A stretch of 64,000 nucleotides of DNA, from NCBI GenBank assembly GCA_040830765.1, contig JBFOMH010000009.1:32001-96000 (forward strand), written 5' to 3'. A program made the translations under genes and the position numbers. Origin of the DNA: Puniceicoccaceae bacterium. GTDB taxonomy: Bacteria; Verrucomicrobiota; Verrucomicrobiia; Opitutales; Oceanipulchritudinaceae. Of the stretch, positions 9,857 through 20,947 are shown piece after piece. The notes under the pieces are model-generated. The model saw only the letters and a program-made list of their open reading frames with translations, had not been told where the DNA came from and made no database searches. Every line of letters starts with the position of its first letter. Position 1 is the stretch's first letter.

Positions 9857-11443
9857 TCAGCTCAAAACAAATTCGAGCACTCTCATGGCTGCATTATGTC
9901 CCGGGACGCCGCTTACCGCACCACCGCGCCTTGCCCCGGAACCGCAGAGGAAAACGTTGGGCAAATCGGTTTCCACACCCCATTGACCCGCCTCTACTTC
10001 CTCCTCGACGAATGGCCAGGTGAGGGCGTTGTGGAATATGTTGCCACGAGGTAAGTGAATTTCCTCCTCAAGGTCCACCGGTGTCTTGATCTCGATACAC
10101 CGGTCCCCATCTCCGTCCGTCGCAAGGCAGGCCTCGATTGGTTCCGCCGTATATTGGTTAATGCCGGAGAGATAACGGCTTAGAACCTCAGTCCGCAAAA
10201 CAGCATTGTCTGATTCAAAGGCCGAATAGGGCATGTCCAGACCAAAAAGTGTGAGGGTCTGGTACCCCTTTGCCTTCAATTCCTTGGAAAGAATCGTATT
10301 GTCGGTCAGGCTATGACAGTACATCTCGCCAGCCGGACAATCAGCCAGTTGGCCAGCCATGGCGTTCCGGTAATTGGCATTCATGGCATCGTAACCCTCG
10401 TCAATGTGGAAGGTTCCACTAAAGGCTTCACGTGGATCGACTGATTTGGACATCAGCTTGGGCAACCGTTTCAACAAGAGATTGATTTTGACAACCGAAC
10501 CCTCATCCGCCGGATCCGCAGGAACAGGTGTATCGTCCAGAAGCTCGGCCAGTACAGCCGGGGCGGCGTTGCAAAGCACATACTTTGTATCCACATTTTG
10601 ATTACGTTCACCAACCTCAAAAGTGACGGAAGCCGCCTTCCCGGACGTCTCTATCCTTGAAACACTCGCGGCTGTCTGGATTGTCACCCCATGACCCAAG
10701 GCGCACTTTTCGAGCGAATCCACAAGCGAGCCCATGCCACCTTCCGGCACGCGCCACTCGCCTGTCCCCTGCCCGATGATATGGTAAAGGAAGGTCCGGT
10801 TCTGCAGGAGGGAAGGATCATGCGCATACGTGCAAACCCCGATCTTGGCATCGGTGAAGACCACACCACGCACCAGATCATTGGAGAGGTGCGCTTCGAT
10901 AATCTCGCCGAGGGGATTCTCAATGAGTGCCTCCCAGGCCTGGTGCTGGTCTCGGCTGAGTGCGGCAACCAGCTCCTTGCGGCTTTTCAGAGGCTGCAGC
11001 AAGGTTGGCCAGAGCACCTTGGCCAGGCTTTCCTGCATTTCCTGAAGTTTGAGGTAGCCCCGGTAATCATCGACGCCACCAGGCAGACCATGGAACGAGG
11101 AACGGGTACGGGTTTCGGAAACATTGCTTATGAGCAGCTCGCTAAGTTTACCGCCTGCCAAAGAAGGCGTGTAGGAAGCCGTTTCCCTCGACATGAGGCG
11201 AAGATCCAGTCCCAAATCATCGACTATCTTCCTTGGGAAAAGGCTGATCAGGTAAGAATAGACAGACAATCTCGCGTCCATTCCTGGAAAGACCTTTTTG
11301 GAGCGAGTGGCTCCGCCAATGGACGCATTCCCTTCCAGCACCAGAACGGACAATCCAGCTCGGCCAAGATAGGATGCCGCCACGAGGCCATTGTGCCCGG
11401 CCCCGATAATGACAACGTCGTAGGATTCGGCAATTGGCTGCAT
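9857..11443 (-). CDS. Phytoene desaturase-like FAD/NAD(P)-dependent oxidoreductase
   Basis: GAGHNGLVAA, P.GGMG, GNIFH and GG.VSG.PGHNAA motifs. An alternative TTG start lies at 11461. Confidence 0.88.
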   Translation of the reverse strand: MQPIAESYDVVIIGAGHNGLVAASYLGRAGLSVLVLEGNASIGGATRSKKVFPGMDARLSVYSYLISLFPRKIVDDLGLDLRLMSRETASYTPSLAGGKLSELLISNVSETRTRSSFHGLPGGVDDYRGYLKLQEMQESLAKVLWPTLLQPLKSRKELVAALSRDQHQAWEALIENPLGEIIEAHLSNDLVRGVVFTDAKIGVCTYAHDPSLLQNRTFLYHIIGQGTGEWRVPEGGMGSLVDSLEKCALGHGVTIQTAASVSRIETSGKAASVTFEVGERNQNVDTKYVLCNAAPAVLAELLDDTPVPADPADEGSVVKINLLLKRLPKLMSKSVDPREAFSGTFHIDEGYDAMNANYRNAMAGQLADCPAGEMYCHSLTDNTILSKELKAKGYQTLTLFGLDMPYSAFESDNAVLRTEVLSRYLSGINQYTAEPIEACLATDGDGDRCIEIKTPVDLEEEIHLPRGNIFHNALTWPFVEEEVEAGQWGVETDLPNVFLCGSGARRGGAVSGVPGHNAAMRVLEFVLS

Positions 11444-11457
11444 GATTTCTTTCCAGA

Positions 11458-11859
11458 TCAATCCAACCGCGGGGGCTCCGGCTCGGGGCGGCGCTCTGCG
11501 GTACTTCCCTCGACATTGCTGCCCAGCATGAGAACCTCACAGGGGGCGTCGCCAAAGTTCCTGAAGATGTGGTAATCCCCGACGGGCTTGAATACCGAAT
11601 CTCCCCTCTCGATGAGAAACCAGTCCCCATTGATGCAGACATGGCAGCTGCCCATGGTGACATAAAACCACTCCTCCTCCCGGCTATGGGTATGGTACTT
11701 GGTATTCGTCTCCCCCGGCCCAATTCGGGTCAGCCGCATTTCGAACTGGCTTGATCCATGCGCTTTCCAAAGGGCCTTGAACTCACCGGAACGGGTCGTC
11801 TCCCCTGGGAAAATTTTCGGTTCCCATTCCAGGTCACCTGCCCTGACTATATGCTTCAT
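11458..11859 (-). CDS. Cupin domain protein
   Basis: H.H..EEE.FYV..G and H.FRN cupin motifs. Confidence 0.85.
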   Translation of the reverse strand: MKHIVRAGDLEWEPKIFPGETTRSGEFKALWKAHGSSQFEMRLTRIGPGETNTKYHTHSREEEWFYVTMGSCHVCINGDWFLIERGDSVFKPVGDYHIFRNFGDAPCEVLMLGSNVEGSTAERRPEPEPPRLD

Positions 11860-11881
11860 TCCTTCGTCCCCACTTGGCTGG

Positions 11882-12427
11882 TCAAACCTCCCCGGCCACA
11901 GGCGCATCCTGCACACCGATGATCTTCTCGATCTCCTTCTCGATGTAGAGGCCCTGATCCTTGCTCTCGAGTCCCTTGATAAGCGTCTTTTGCTGGTTGT
12001 GCTTGTCGATCAGACGGACCTCATAAGTGATCGAAGTACCATTCTTGGTCCGGCGCACCTTTTGGTAGGTGTAGAGTTGTTTGATGTCGGAAATGTCGTA
12101 GATGCCCTGTCCCGGCCACTTCATTGGATGGATCCTGACTTCCACCTGCATCGGGGAGATGATGATGTCTGTCTTGTTTATGAAACCGGCAATGACGAAG
12201 TAAGTCAGCCCGACACCAACAGCCACATGGCCCAGCGGAAACAGGATATGCATCAGGGGAACGTTATCCATCTTCGTTGCCGAGAAATACCAGAAGACCA
12301 GAAAACTATCCCAGAAGATGCAAAAGAAGAGCAGAAATATGACGGCTGGCGTGAACCACTTCTTGCGGATAACCAGGTTACCCCGTTCTTCCAGTAGTTC
12401 AATATTCGAGGGAATCGGTACTTCCAT
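11882..12427 (-). CDS. Hypothetical membrane protein (2 TM plus PH-like C-terminal domain)
   Basis: 181-aa ORF with two hydrophobic segments and a soluble C-terminus. Confidence 0.7.
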   Translation of the reverse strand: MEVPIPSNIELLEERGNLVIRKKWFTPAVIFLLFFCIFWDSFLVFWYFSATKMDNVPLMHILFPLGHVAVGVGLTYFVIAGFINKTDIIISPMQVEVRIHPMKWPGQGIYDISDIKQLYTYQKVRRTKNGTSITYEVRLIDKHNQQKTLIKGLESKDQGLYIEKEIEKIIGVQDAPVAGEV

Positions 12428-12476
12428 GGGAACAGTTGTTAAGGAAAATTACCCGGTCCTTCCAGCTAATTCAGTT

Positions 12477-12905
12477 TCACGACCCATCAGCCGGTTGTGA
12501 GCTATCCTTGAGGGACACCCATGCGCGGGAATATCTTTCAAATCCGACTTTCCCGTAATAGTCATCCGCCTTGGGCGCGGCCAGAAGGGTTATGAAGCAG
12601 CTGTCCTCAAGATTCTCCCGGGTATGCTCAAGCAAGGCCCGGCCTATTCCCACTCGTTGGTAGTCCCGGTGCACGGCAAGATCCGCCAGGTAGGCGACAT
12701 AAGAGAAGTCGGTCAATGTCCTCGCGATACCGACCAGTCGGTCTCCATCCCATGCGGTCACCACCAAGTCCGCATGGCGGATCATGTCCCCCATTATTTT
12801 CCTCGAATGAACCGGTCGACGCTCCCCAAGCGTCGAGGCGTTGTAGAGCTTGATCACAGCATCCAGGTCGAGGTCATTCCCAATCTTGTAGGCAACTGGC
12901 TTCAT
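12477..12905 (-). CDS. GNAT family N-acetyltransferase
   Basis: DLAV..DYQ..GIG motif A; YY.K.GF. Confidence 0.9.
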   Translation of the reverse strand: MKPVAYKIGNDLDLDAVIKLYNASTLGERRPVHSRKIMGDMIRHADLVVTAWDGDRLVGIARTLTDFSYVAYLADLAVHRDYQRVGIGRALLEHTRENLEDSCFITLLAAPKADDYYGKVGFERYSRAWVSLKDSSQPADGS

Positions 12906-12951
12906 CGATGAAAGCGATCCCCGAGATTAAAAAAACAAGCAACTCCTGCGC

Positions 12952-13431
12952 TTACTCCTCCCCATCAAAGTAATCAATTGGCTCGGAGCGGATCAGTTGC
13001 GCCTTGGGTGACCGCACCAGCCACTTGCCACTGTCAGGATAGTGGCAAGATTCACCTATCGGATTGTCGGCAATAATATAGAACACAAGGTCCGCTGCGC
13101 TGTCGTTGATGATCTGGTGAGCCTCATCGGGTTTGAAAAGGAAGGCGCTTCCAGGTTCAATTGGCTCCTTTCCTCCTTCATGGCGGACCTGACCCGTCCC
13201 GGAAATGACATGATAGAACTCCCACTGGGCGCTATGTGAGTGGTATGGGCACAAGGCTTTCCCGGGCGGCACAGTACAGATTTCCACGTCAAATGGATGC
13301 CGTTCCATGATATCGGTCGAATCGTGTTTCCTTCCCAAGGCCTCGGAGACCTGCTTGCCACTCCCGGCATACTTCCCCTTTGGTGAGTCCCATGAGACGT
13401 CTTTCAGCTCGTTTGTATTAACGATCTTCAT
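12952..13431 (-). CDS. Cupin domain protein
   Basis: PYHSHSAQWEFY..SG, H.IIN and YPDSGK motifs. Confidence 0.88.
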   Translation of the reverse strand: MKIVNTNELKDVSWDSPKGKYAGSGKQVSEALGRKHDSTDIMERHPFDVEICTVPPGKALCPYHSHSAQWEFYHVISGTGQVRHEGGKEPIEPGSAFLFKPDEAHQIINDSAADLVFYIIADNPIGESCHYPDSGKWLVRSPKAQLIRSEPIDYFDGEE

Positions 13432-14378
13432 TGATTGTTTCCTTTCTGCTCTTGCTGGGTTGTGGATTCAAATTCCTTCATCCGGTAAAGACGGCTTTGC
13501 CCATTGGCATATTGGCCAGCAGCGTCAAGGAAGGCCTCTGTTTCCCGGAATCCGTAGGGGGCTTCAGAAAAGGCGATTCGCTTGCTGGTGAAGTAGAGGG
13601 TTCCATTGGCATCGACGAATGGGCAGTAATCCATTCGCGGGGAATTGATCTCAGGTCCAAGGTTTAGCGATTCTCCCCATGAGCCATCCTCCTGCCGGTG
13701 ACTGATGTAGAGGTCCCCGCTTCCATAACCGCCTTCGCGGTTATAGGCTGTATAGATCAGGAAAGAACCATCCGGAGCGACAAAGGCATTAAACTCATAG
13801 CCGTCTGAATTGACGGCCTTCCCCAGCGGCAGCGGTTCGTCCCCATCTGCACTGTAATGGAATATGTCATCCTTACCGAGACTTCCCTCGCGGTCGCTGG
13901 TGAAGAAAAATTCCTCCCCTGCCGTTATGGCCGGGTAGAATTCATTGGCCTCTGAATTAACCGGCTGGCCCATGTTTACGGGAGGCGACCAGGCCCCATC
14001 AAAATCATCCCGTTCAACATACCAGATGTCATAATCCCCGGCTTGCCCATCCTCGCGTGGACGGTTGGAGGCAAAGTACAACCGCAGGCCATCGGGAGAC
14101 AAAAACGGTTCCAAGTCGTTGTAGTCGCCGGAAAAGGCGGCCATTTGAGGATCCGACCATCCCCCATCTTCATCCCGGACCATGTAAAGGATTGAGGAAA
14201 TCTCGCCAAAGAAGCTCTGGGAACTGAAATACAATTCCCTGCCGTCGGAACGGATGGAGAGGTCCCGGACTGCAATGTGATCCTCAAGGGAATCCTGGAG
14301 AAAAGGCTCAACGGTAGTACCGCCAACCGGGGTGCTGCAACCAAGGGCCAGCAATGCGGCCAGATTCAATCCTTTCAT
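13428..14378 (-). CDS. PD40/TolB-like beta-propeller lipoprotein
   Basis: Lipobox LALGC; repeated P.LSPDG..LYF.S.R, DIW and N.G..VNS units. Confidence 0.85.
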   Translation of the reverse strand: MKGLNLAALLALGCSTPVGGTTVEPFLQDSLEDHIAVRDLSIRSDGRELYFSSQSFFGEISSILYMVRDEDGGWSDPQMAAFSGDYNDLEPFLSPDGLRLYFASNRPREDGQAGDYDIWYVERDDFDGAWSPPVNMGQPVNSEANEFYPAITAGEEFFFTSDREGSLGKDDIFHYSADGDEPLPLGKAVNSDGYEFNAFVAPDGSFLIYTAYNREGGYGSGDLYISHRQEDGSWGESLNLGPEINSPRMDYCPFVDANGTLYFTSKRIAFSEAPYGFRETEAFLDAAGQYANGQSRLYRMKEFESTTQQEQKGNNQ

Positions 14379-14501
14379 GCTGCAGGGAAACACCGACCCG
14401 CCCCACTGGCAAAGGTCTTTTTCCCCTATGGGAACAATCTGTGAAAATCTTTTCCTGAACGGACTTTACCCGCCTGCCTTTCACCTCTTAATTCTATCCA
14501 T

Positions 14502-17500
14502 ATGCCGTCCGATGCCGAGAAACCGTTTGTCCACCTGCACTGCCATACTGACTATTCGCTGCTGGACGGATGCGCCCGCATCGACCGATACATGCAGCGT
14601 TGTCAGGAGCTTAACATGCCGGCGCTGGCGATGACCGACCATGGAAACCTTTTCGGGGCCATCAATTTCTACCGGGCCTGCGAAAAGGCCGGCATCAAGC
14701 CGCTGATCGGGTGCGAAATTTACCTTGTCCATGACCACAAGCAGGAGGAACGCCCGAAGCGTGACCGGGCCCGCTCCGACGACATTGCTGATGTTCCGGA
14801 GGACGAACTGGGCCCGGAAAACTACCCCCAGTACCAGATTCACCACAAGACCCTCATTGCCCGGGACTTCACCGGCTACCAGAACCTTGTCAAACTGATC
14901 TCCGATGCCCACGTCAACGGAATGTATTACCGGCCCCGGACGGACATGGAGAAACTGGCGGCACATGCCGAGGGAATAATCGCCCTCAGCGGATGCATCA
15001 ACGGGGTCGCGGCCCAGCACCTGATCTACAACGATTACGACGGGGCCCGGGAGGCAACCGGCCAGTTCATCGACATCTTCGGCAAGGAGAACTATTTCAT
15101 TGAGCTGCAGAACCATGGCATGCCGGTGCAAAAGCGGATCCTGCCCATGCTGGTCAAGCTGGCCCGGGAATTCGATCTCCCCATGGTCTGCGCCAATGAC
15201 GTGCACTACGTCTACAAGGACGACTGGAAACCGCATGACGCGCTGCTCTGCATCCAGACCGGAAAGCGCATTGCTGACGAGAACCGGATGCGCTATCCCA
15301 ATCATGAATTCTACCTCAAGAGCCATTCGGAAATGGCCGCCATCTTCGGGGAGTTGCCGGACACCCTGGAGAATACCCTCAAGGTGGCTGAGATGGTGGA
15401 CCTGCAGATAAAGTTCGGGGTCGACCACTACCCGGTCTTCGAAAAGCCGGCGGAATTGGTGGTCAAGGAAGATCCGGACCGCTTCAACACCATTCTCGAT
15501 ATTTATGTCCGGGCGAAGAACAAGGTCCTGCAGCGGGAAGGGGAATCCGAGATTACACTCAGCAAGGATGAGCGGGAGAAGTTCCGCAAAAACGGACTCT
15601 ACCTTTTCCAACTCTGCAAGGAGGGATTGAAGGACCGTTACGGGATTGACTACGACAAGATTCGCAAAGAGCACCCGGACCTCCTCCATCCCGACTCCAT
15701 CGGCCAGGGGGACTTTGAGCCCGGAAGCGAAAACTATGAAAGGGAGATTTGCGACAAACTGGATTACGAACTGGCCATCATAACCGGTGCCGGGTTTGTC
15801 GATTACTTCCTCATCACCTGGGACTTTATCGACTGGGCCCGCGGTAAGGGCATTCCCGTCGGGCCAGGCCGGGGCTCCGGAGCTGGTAGCCTCATCGCTT
15901 ACATTCTCAAGATTACCGACATCGAGCCGCTTCGCTTCGGACTTCTCTTTGAACGGATGCTCTCATTGGAACGGGTCTCACCACCGGATTTTGATGTCGA
16001 TTTCTGCATGCGCCGCCGGGACGAAGTGGTCAATTACGTCCGTGACAAGTACGGAGCCGACCGGGTGGCCAACATCATTACCTACGGAAAGTTTGGCGCA
16101 AAAATGGTGGTCCGCGACCTGGCCCGGGTGATGGATGTCGAATACGCCCGGGCCAACCAGCTGGCCAAGATGGTCCCGGATGATCTCAACATCACCCTGG
16201 ATGCGGCCGTGCAGAAGTCGTTGGAGTTGCAGGGGGAAATCTCCAAGGACCCGGTGGTCTCGGAGATCGTCGAGCAGGGACACGTCATCGAGGGCATGGT
16301 CCGCAACACTGGCAAACACGCCTGTGGGATTATCGTGGGGGACCAGCCGCTGACCAACCTGGTCCCGGTCACCCTGCAGGAGGGCGACCTCACCACCCAG
16401 TACGCCAAAGGTCCGGTAGAAGACCTCGGAATGCTCAAGTGTGATTTCCTCGGATTGAAGACCCTGACCGTCATTGCCGATGCCCAGGATCACATTCGTC
16501 GCCGCAAGGGCATGGCCGGATTCGATATTGAAAAGGTCCCGCTGGATGATGAAAAGACCTACGACCTGCTTAATTCCGGTCACACAATCGGTGTTTTTCA
16601 ATTGGAATCCGAAGGCATGCAGTCCCTCTGCAGGCAGATTGGCCTTTCCCGATTCGAGGAAATCATCGCCTTGATTGCCCTATACCGTCCGGGCCCGATG
16701 AAGTTCATCCCGCAGTTCATCGAGGCCAAAAAGGATCCCGCGAAGATGGTTGTCCCCCACCCGCTCTTGCAGGAGCTCGTTGAGGAGACCTACGGCGTCC
16801 TTGTTTACCAGGAGCAGGTCATGGAGTCGGCCCGGATCATTGCCGGATACACGCTCGGCGATGCCGACCTTCTCCGTCGCGCCATGGGGAAGAAGATTCC
16901 CAGGATCATGGCCAAGCAGGAGAAGATATTTGTCCAGCGGGCCAAGGAGACCAATGGCATCGAGAAAAAGGAAGCGGAGAAAATCTGGGAGATCCTGGCC
17001 AAGTTTGCCGAATACGGATTCAACAAGTCCCACTCCGCTGCCTATGCCATGCTCTCCTACCGCACCGCCTACATGAAGGCGAATTTCCCAGTGGAGTTCA
17101 TGGCCGCAGTCCTCGGTTGCGAACTGGGCAACGCCGACAAAGTGGCCCATTTTATCGAGGAGGCTGTGGCCATGGAAATCCCTGTCCTCGGGCCTGACGT
17201 CAATGCTTCCCTGGAATCTTTCTCCCCGGTTGTGGACCATGACAAGTCCTGTATCCGCTTCGGACTGGGGGCCATCAAGGGGGTCGGTGGCGGTCCCTCC
17301 CACGCCATCCTTGAGGAGCGCGAGAATAGCGGCGCTTTCAAGGACTTTTCCGACTTTGCCCGCCGGGTCGACAGCAAGAACGCCAACAAGCGGGTCCTGG
17401 AGAGCCTCATCAAGGCAGGGGCCTTTGATTCCCTGGGCGAGGATCGCGGGATCATTCTCGCCAACATGGACTCCATCCTCGGTGAAGTGCAGGACCTGCG

Positions 17501-18281
17501 CAAGGATGCCGAATCCGGACAAGCCAACATGTTCGACATGTTCGAAATGGATGCACCGCCAGCAACCGAATCCAAGGCTGCTCCCAAGGGTCCCGTGATG
17601 CCATTGAACGAAAAGCTACGCCACGAGCGCGAGCTGCTCGGCTTTTATGTCAGCGGCCACCCGATGAATCCCTACCGGCACTTTGCGGCAGCCATTGATA
17701 CCTTCCGCGGCGAAGACTGGATGAAGATGGAGAACCGCGAGCCATTCCGGCTCTGTGGAGTCATCACTGGAATTGCCCGCAAAATCTCCCGCCGGGACAA
17801 CCGCCCCTGGTGCGTTGTCACCCTCGCCACAACCCGGGATTCCTATACCATTCATGCCTTTGCCAATTGTTATGCTGAATTTGGTCCAGCCCTTGAGGAG
17901 GGCAAGCTGGCCCTGATTGAGGGCCAGGTCATGCGGCGGCAGGACGACGACGTCCAGTTGGCCATGAACAGTGTCCGTCCTCTGGAGCAAGCCGTCACTG
18001 ATCTCGTCAAGGGAATCACCTTCGTCATCGATAACAACGGCGAGTCCTCTGACTTCATCAAGATCCTCCGTCAGGAACTGGAACAGCGGATGGGCCATAC
18101 CATTGTCCGCATCGGGGTCCTTGTCAGTGAGGAGCAGATGGCGGTGGCGGACATCGCCTCCTCCCTCGAGTGGCAACTGAACAAGGAACAGTTTGCCATC
18201 CTCCGCAAGCATCCGGCTGTCCGGGATGTCCTCTTCACGGTTCCTCCCGTGTCCACTCCTCAGCCTTCATGGGGAAGATAA
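14502..18281 (+). CDS. dnaE: DNA polymerase III alpha subunit
   Basis: [18 protein letters not shown] domain, [24 protein letters not shown] and an OB-fold C-terminus. Confidence 0.98.
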   Translation: MPSDAEKPFVHLHCHTDYSLLDGCARIDRYMQRCQELNMPALAMTDHGNLFGAINFYRACEKAGIKPLIGCEIYLVHDHKQEERPKRDRARSDDIADVPEDELGPENYPQYQIHHKTLIARDFTGYQNLVKLISDAHVNGMYYRPRTDMEKLAAHAEGIIALSGCINGVAAQHLIYNDYDGAREATGQFIDIFGKENYFIELQNHGMPVQKRILPMLVKLAREFDLPMVCANDVHYVYKDDWKPHDALLCIQTGKRIADENRMRYPNHEFYLKSHSEMAAIFGELPDTLENTLKVAEMVDLQIKFGVDHYPVFEKPAELVVKEDPDRFNTILDIYVRAKNKVLQREGESEITLSKDEREKFRKNGLYLFQLCKEGLKDRYGIDYDKIRKEHPDLLHPDSIGQGDFEPGSENYEREICDKLDYELAIITGAGFVDYFLITWDFIDWARGKGIPVGPGRGSGAGSLIAYILKITDIEPLRFGLLFERMLSLERVSPPDFDVDFCMRRRDEVVNYVRDKYGADRVANIITYGKFGAKMVVRDLARVMDVEYARANQLAKMVPDDLNITLDAAVQKSLELQGEISKDPVVSEIVEQGHVIEGMVRNTGKHACGIIVGDQPLTNLVPVTLQEGDLTTQYAKGPVEDLGMLKCDFLGLKTLTVIADAQDHIRRRKGMAGFDIEKVPLDDEKTYDLLNSGHTIGVFQLESEGMQSLCRQIGLSRFEEIIALIALYRPGPMKFIPQFIEAKKDPAKMVVPHPLLQELVEETYGVLVYQEQVMESARIIAGYTLGDADLLRRAMGKKIPRIMAKQEKIFVQRAKETNGIEKKEAEKIWEILAKFAEYGFNKSHSAAYAMLSYRTAYMKANFPVEFMAAVLGCELGNADKVAHFIEEAVAMEIPVLGPDVNASLESFSPVVDHDKSCIRFGLGAIKGVGGGPSHAILEERENSGAFKDFSDFARRVDSKNANKRVLESLIKAGAFDSLGEDRGIILANMDSILGEVQDLRKDAESGQANMFDMFEMDAPPATESKAAPKGPVMPLNEKLRHERELLGFYVSGHPMNPYRHFAAAIDTFRGEDWMKMENREPFRLCGVITGIARKISRRDNRPWCVVTLATTRDSYTIHAFANCYAEFGPALEEGKLALIEGQVMRRQDDDVQLAMNSVRPLEQAVTDLVKGITFVIDNNGESSDFIKILRQELEQRMGHTIVRIGVLVSEEQMAVADIASSLEWQLNKEQFAILRKHPAVRDVLFTVPPVSTPQPSWGR

Positions 18282-18293
18282 TCATCAGTCGTC

Positions 18294-19166
18294 ATGGCAG
18301 ATAGATCAAAGACACTCCTCGACCAGAGCCTTCCCTTCCTCATCTTCCTCGTCACCGGGGTTGTTTTCTTCCCGGTGATTCACTGGCTCTTGAACCAAAC
18401 CATTGCCCACGAGCAGCTCACACACGCCTTTCTCGTCTTTCTCCTCAGTGGGGCGCTTCTCGTCTACGAACGCCACATTGCCATCCGCATCAGTTGCCGG
18501 TTTACGGACATCTCCCAGAACTTGCTCATTTTCTCCTATGCTGTCCTTGTGCTGGCCATCTTCAGCAAGGTAAACCTTATCGTCCTCGCCGCCCTTTGCC
18601 TGAGCCTGGCTTCCTTTCTTCTCTTCCTGTTCGGCGACGACCAGCGACGGCTTATTTTTTCCAGCATTGGTGCCTTTGCCCTGTTCTCGGGTGTGGCCGT
18701 CTTCCTGCCCTTGCTTGACTGGCCCTTGCGGACCTTCGCCGGAAAGTGGGCTGCCTATGGGCTGCATCTGGTTGGGCAGCAGGTTGAGCTCGGCTTGGTG
18801 TCCGCCGCTGCCGGACCCCAGTTGATCCTTCTCAACAACGGCCGTCCCTTCCATGTTGCTTCCGAATGCAATGGCTTTGGCATGATCAGTTCCTGCCTGC
18901 TCATGGCCCTGATAATCGTCCTCTACCGCAGGTTAAGTCTGTTTGACCGGCTGGGGTGGCTGGGAGTTGCCCTTCTCCTGGGTCTCTTTTTCAACTGCCT
19001 CCGGATCATCATCATCGTTCTGATGGCTCCATCCCTGCCTGATAATGCCTACATGCTGATGCACGAGATCGTTGGCCTGGCGACAACCTACGGTGGCCTC
19101 GCCGCCCTCTATTTTCTCCTCATGCCAAAGGAGAAGGCAGACGCCGATGATATCCTGGCTGCTTAA
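18294..19166 (+). CDS. Exosortase/archaeosortase family protein
   Basis: Multi-pass membrane protein with catalytic triad motifs V..ECNG (Cys), N.LRI (Arg) and HE..G (His). Confidence 0.85.
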   Translation: MADRSKTLLDQSLPFLIFLVTGVVFFPVIHWLLNQTIAHEQLTHAFLVFLLSGALLVYERHIAIRISCRFTDISQNLLIFSYAVLVLAIFSKVNLIVLAALCLSLASFLLFLFGDDQRRLIFSSIGAFALFSGVAVFLPLLDWPLRTFAGKWAAYGLHLVGQQVELGLVSAAAGPQLILLNNGRPFHVASECNGFGMISSCLLMALIIVLYRRLSLFDRLGWLGVALLLGLFFNCLRIIIIVLMAPSLPDNAYMLMHEIVGLATTYGGLAALYFLLMPKEKADADDILAA

Positions 19167-20383
19167 ACCTTGCCGAAGACAAGGGAGGCGTTGGTGCCGC
19201 CAAAGCCAAAGCTGTTACTGAGCGCCACATCAATGGCAGCATCCCGGGTTTCCGTGACGATAGGGAAGCCCTCCGCCTCAGGATCCAGCGTTTCAATGTT
19301 CGCACTACCGCCGATGAAGCCTTCCTGCATCATGATGAGGGAGTAAATGGCTTCCTGTGCTCCGGTTGCCCCCAGGCTGTGACCCGTGAGGCTCTTGGTG
19401 GAAGTAATAAACGGTAAATCCTTGCCGAAAACAGTCCGGACAGCGCTCAACTCGGTCATGTCACCGGCAGGCGTACTGGTGCCGTGGGCATTGATGTAAT
19501 CGATTTTGCGGTCCAGTCCCTGGGTGGCCAGCTGCATGCAGCGGACGGCCCCTTCACCACTGGGAGCAACCATGTCTGCACCATCACTGGTCGCCCCGTA
19601 GCCGAGGATTTCCCCGTAAATCTTGGCCCCGCGGGCCTTGGCACGCTCATATTCCTCAAGCACCACCATGGCCCCGCCGCCAGCAGCAACAAATCCGTCG
19701 CGGGTGGCGTCGAATGGCCGGCTGGCCGTTTCCGGCGAGTCGTTGTACTTGCTCGAAAGGGCACCCATGGCATCGAAGAAGAGGGTCAGCTCGGCGCTTT
19801 CCTCCTCGCCCCCGCCGGCGAACATGACGTCCTGGTTGCCCCAGGCAATCTGCTCCGCCGCCGCCCCAATACTGTGCGCGCTCGTCGCACAGGCCGAGGT
19901 GATGGAGTAATTCAATCCAAGGATGGCAAAGGCCGTGCAGAGGTTGGCCGAGACGGTGCTGGACATGATCCGCGGCACCCGGAAAGGACCCACTCGGCGG
20001 ATGCCCCGCTCCTTTAGGATCTCCATCCCTTCCACCTGGTTGATGGGGGAGCCCCCGCCGGACCCGGCGATCAGGCCGGTGCGCGGATGGGAGATCTCGT
20101 CCTTACTCAGGCCGCTGTCAGCAATCGCCTGCTCCATCGCAAGATAACTGAAGAGGGCGGCATCGCCCATGAAGCGGGCCAGTTTCCGGTCGATCTGCTC
20201 GAGGAGTGCATCCCGGTCCCAGATACTGCCGGAGATCTGGCTCCGCAGGCCCAGCTCAGCGTATTTGACGTTCTTACGGATCCCGGAAGAGATCGTCCGG
20301 AGGGATTCCGAGACGGCTTCGACATTGTTTCCGATGCAGGAAATGATGCCGATACCAGTGACGACGACGCGACGTTTTTCCAT
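19163..20383 (-). CDS. fabB: Beta-ketoacyl-ACP synthase I
   Basis: [33 protein letters not shown] and NSFGFGGTN motifs; FabB-type sequence; adjacent to fabA. Confidence 0.93.
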   Translation of the reverse strand: MEKRRVVVTGIGIISCIGNNVEAVSESLRTISSGIRKNVKYAELGLRSQISGSIWDRDALLEQIDRKLARFMGDAALFSYLAMEQAIADSGLSKDEISHPRTGLIAGSGGGSPINQVEGMEILKERGIRRVGPFRVPRIMSSTVSANLCTAFAILGLNYSITSACATSAHSIGAAAEQIAWGNQDVMFAGGGEEESAELTLFFDAMGALSSKYNDSPETASRPFDATRDGFVAAGGGAMVVLEEYERAKARGAKIYGEILGYGATSDGADMVAPSGEGAVRCMQLATQGLDRKIDYINAHGTSTPAGDMTELSAVRTVFGKDLPFITSTKSLTGHSLGATGAQEAIYSLIMMQEGFIGGSANIETLDPEAEGFPIVTETRDAAIDVALSNSFGFGGTNASLVFGKV

Positions 20384-20395
20384 AATTAAAAGCGC

Positions 20396-20914
20396 TTAGA
20401 AATTATCCGTTTCGGTAAACAGGCCCACCTTCAAATTGCGGGCGGTGTAGATGGTCTTGCCGTCGACGGAGACCTCCCCGTCGGCCACGGCCAGCTTGAG
20501 GCGGCTCTCCATCAGGCGGCTGATCGACAGCTTGTAGGTGACCAACTTGGCCGTCGGTAGGATCTGCCCGGTGAACTTCACTTCCCCTACCCCGAGGGCG
20601 CGCCCCTTGCCGAGGTTGCCCCGCCAGGTGATGTAGAAACCGACCAGTTGCCAGAGGGCGTCGAGCCCGAGACAGCCCGGCATGACCGGGTCGCCCTCAA
20701 AGTGGCACTTAAAGAACCATAGGTCCGGATTGATATCCAGTTCGGCGATGACCTCACCCTTGCCATGGGCACCACCGTCCGCGGTGATGCTGGTGATCCG
20801 GTCGATCATCAACATGTTGGGCAGGGGCAGCTTGGCACTGCCCTCGGGGAACAGCTCGCCCTTGCCACTCTTGATCAGTTCATCGCGGTTGTAAGATGAT
20901 TTTCGCTCAACCAT
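20396..20914 (-). CDS. fabA: 3-hydroxydecanoyl-ACP dehydratase/isomerase
   Basis: [29 protein letters not shown] (catalytic His/Asp) and GRALG.GEVKF motifs. Confidence 0.96.
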   Translation of the reverse strand: MVERKSSYNRDELIKSGKGELFPEGSAKLPLPNMLMIDRITSITADGGAHGKGEVIAELDINPDLWFFKCHFEGDPVMPGCLGLDALWQLVGFYITWRGNLGKGRALGVGEVKFTGQILPTAKLVTYKLSISRLMESRLKLAVADGEVSVDGKTIYTARNLKVGLFTETDNF

Positions 20915-20947
20915 CACTAGCCTTTGTTGAGGGGTTGCAACCTGCCA

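Noticed and set aside
14502..18281. Intein in dnaE (also checked nrdA)
   Set aside because: No Cys-start/His-Asn-end splicing blocks or LAGLIDADG motifs; the insertions are short.
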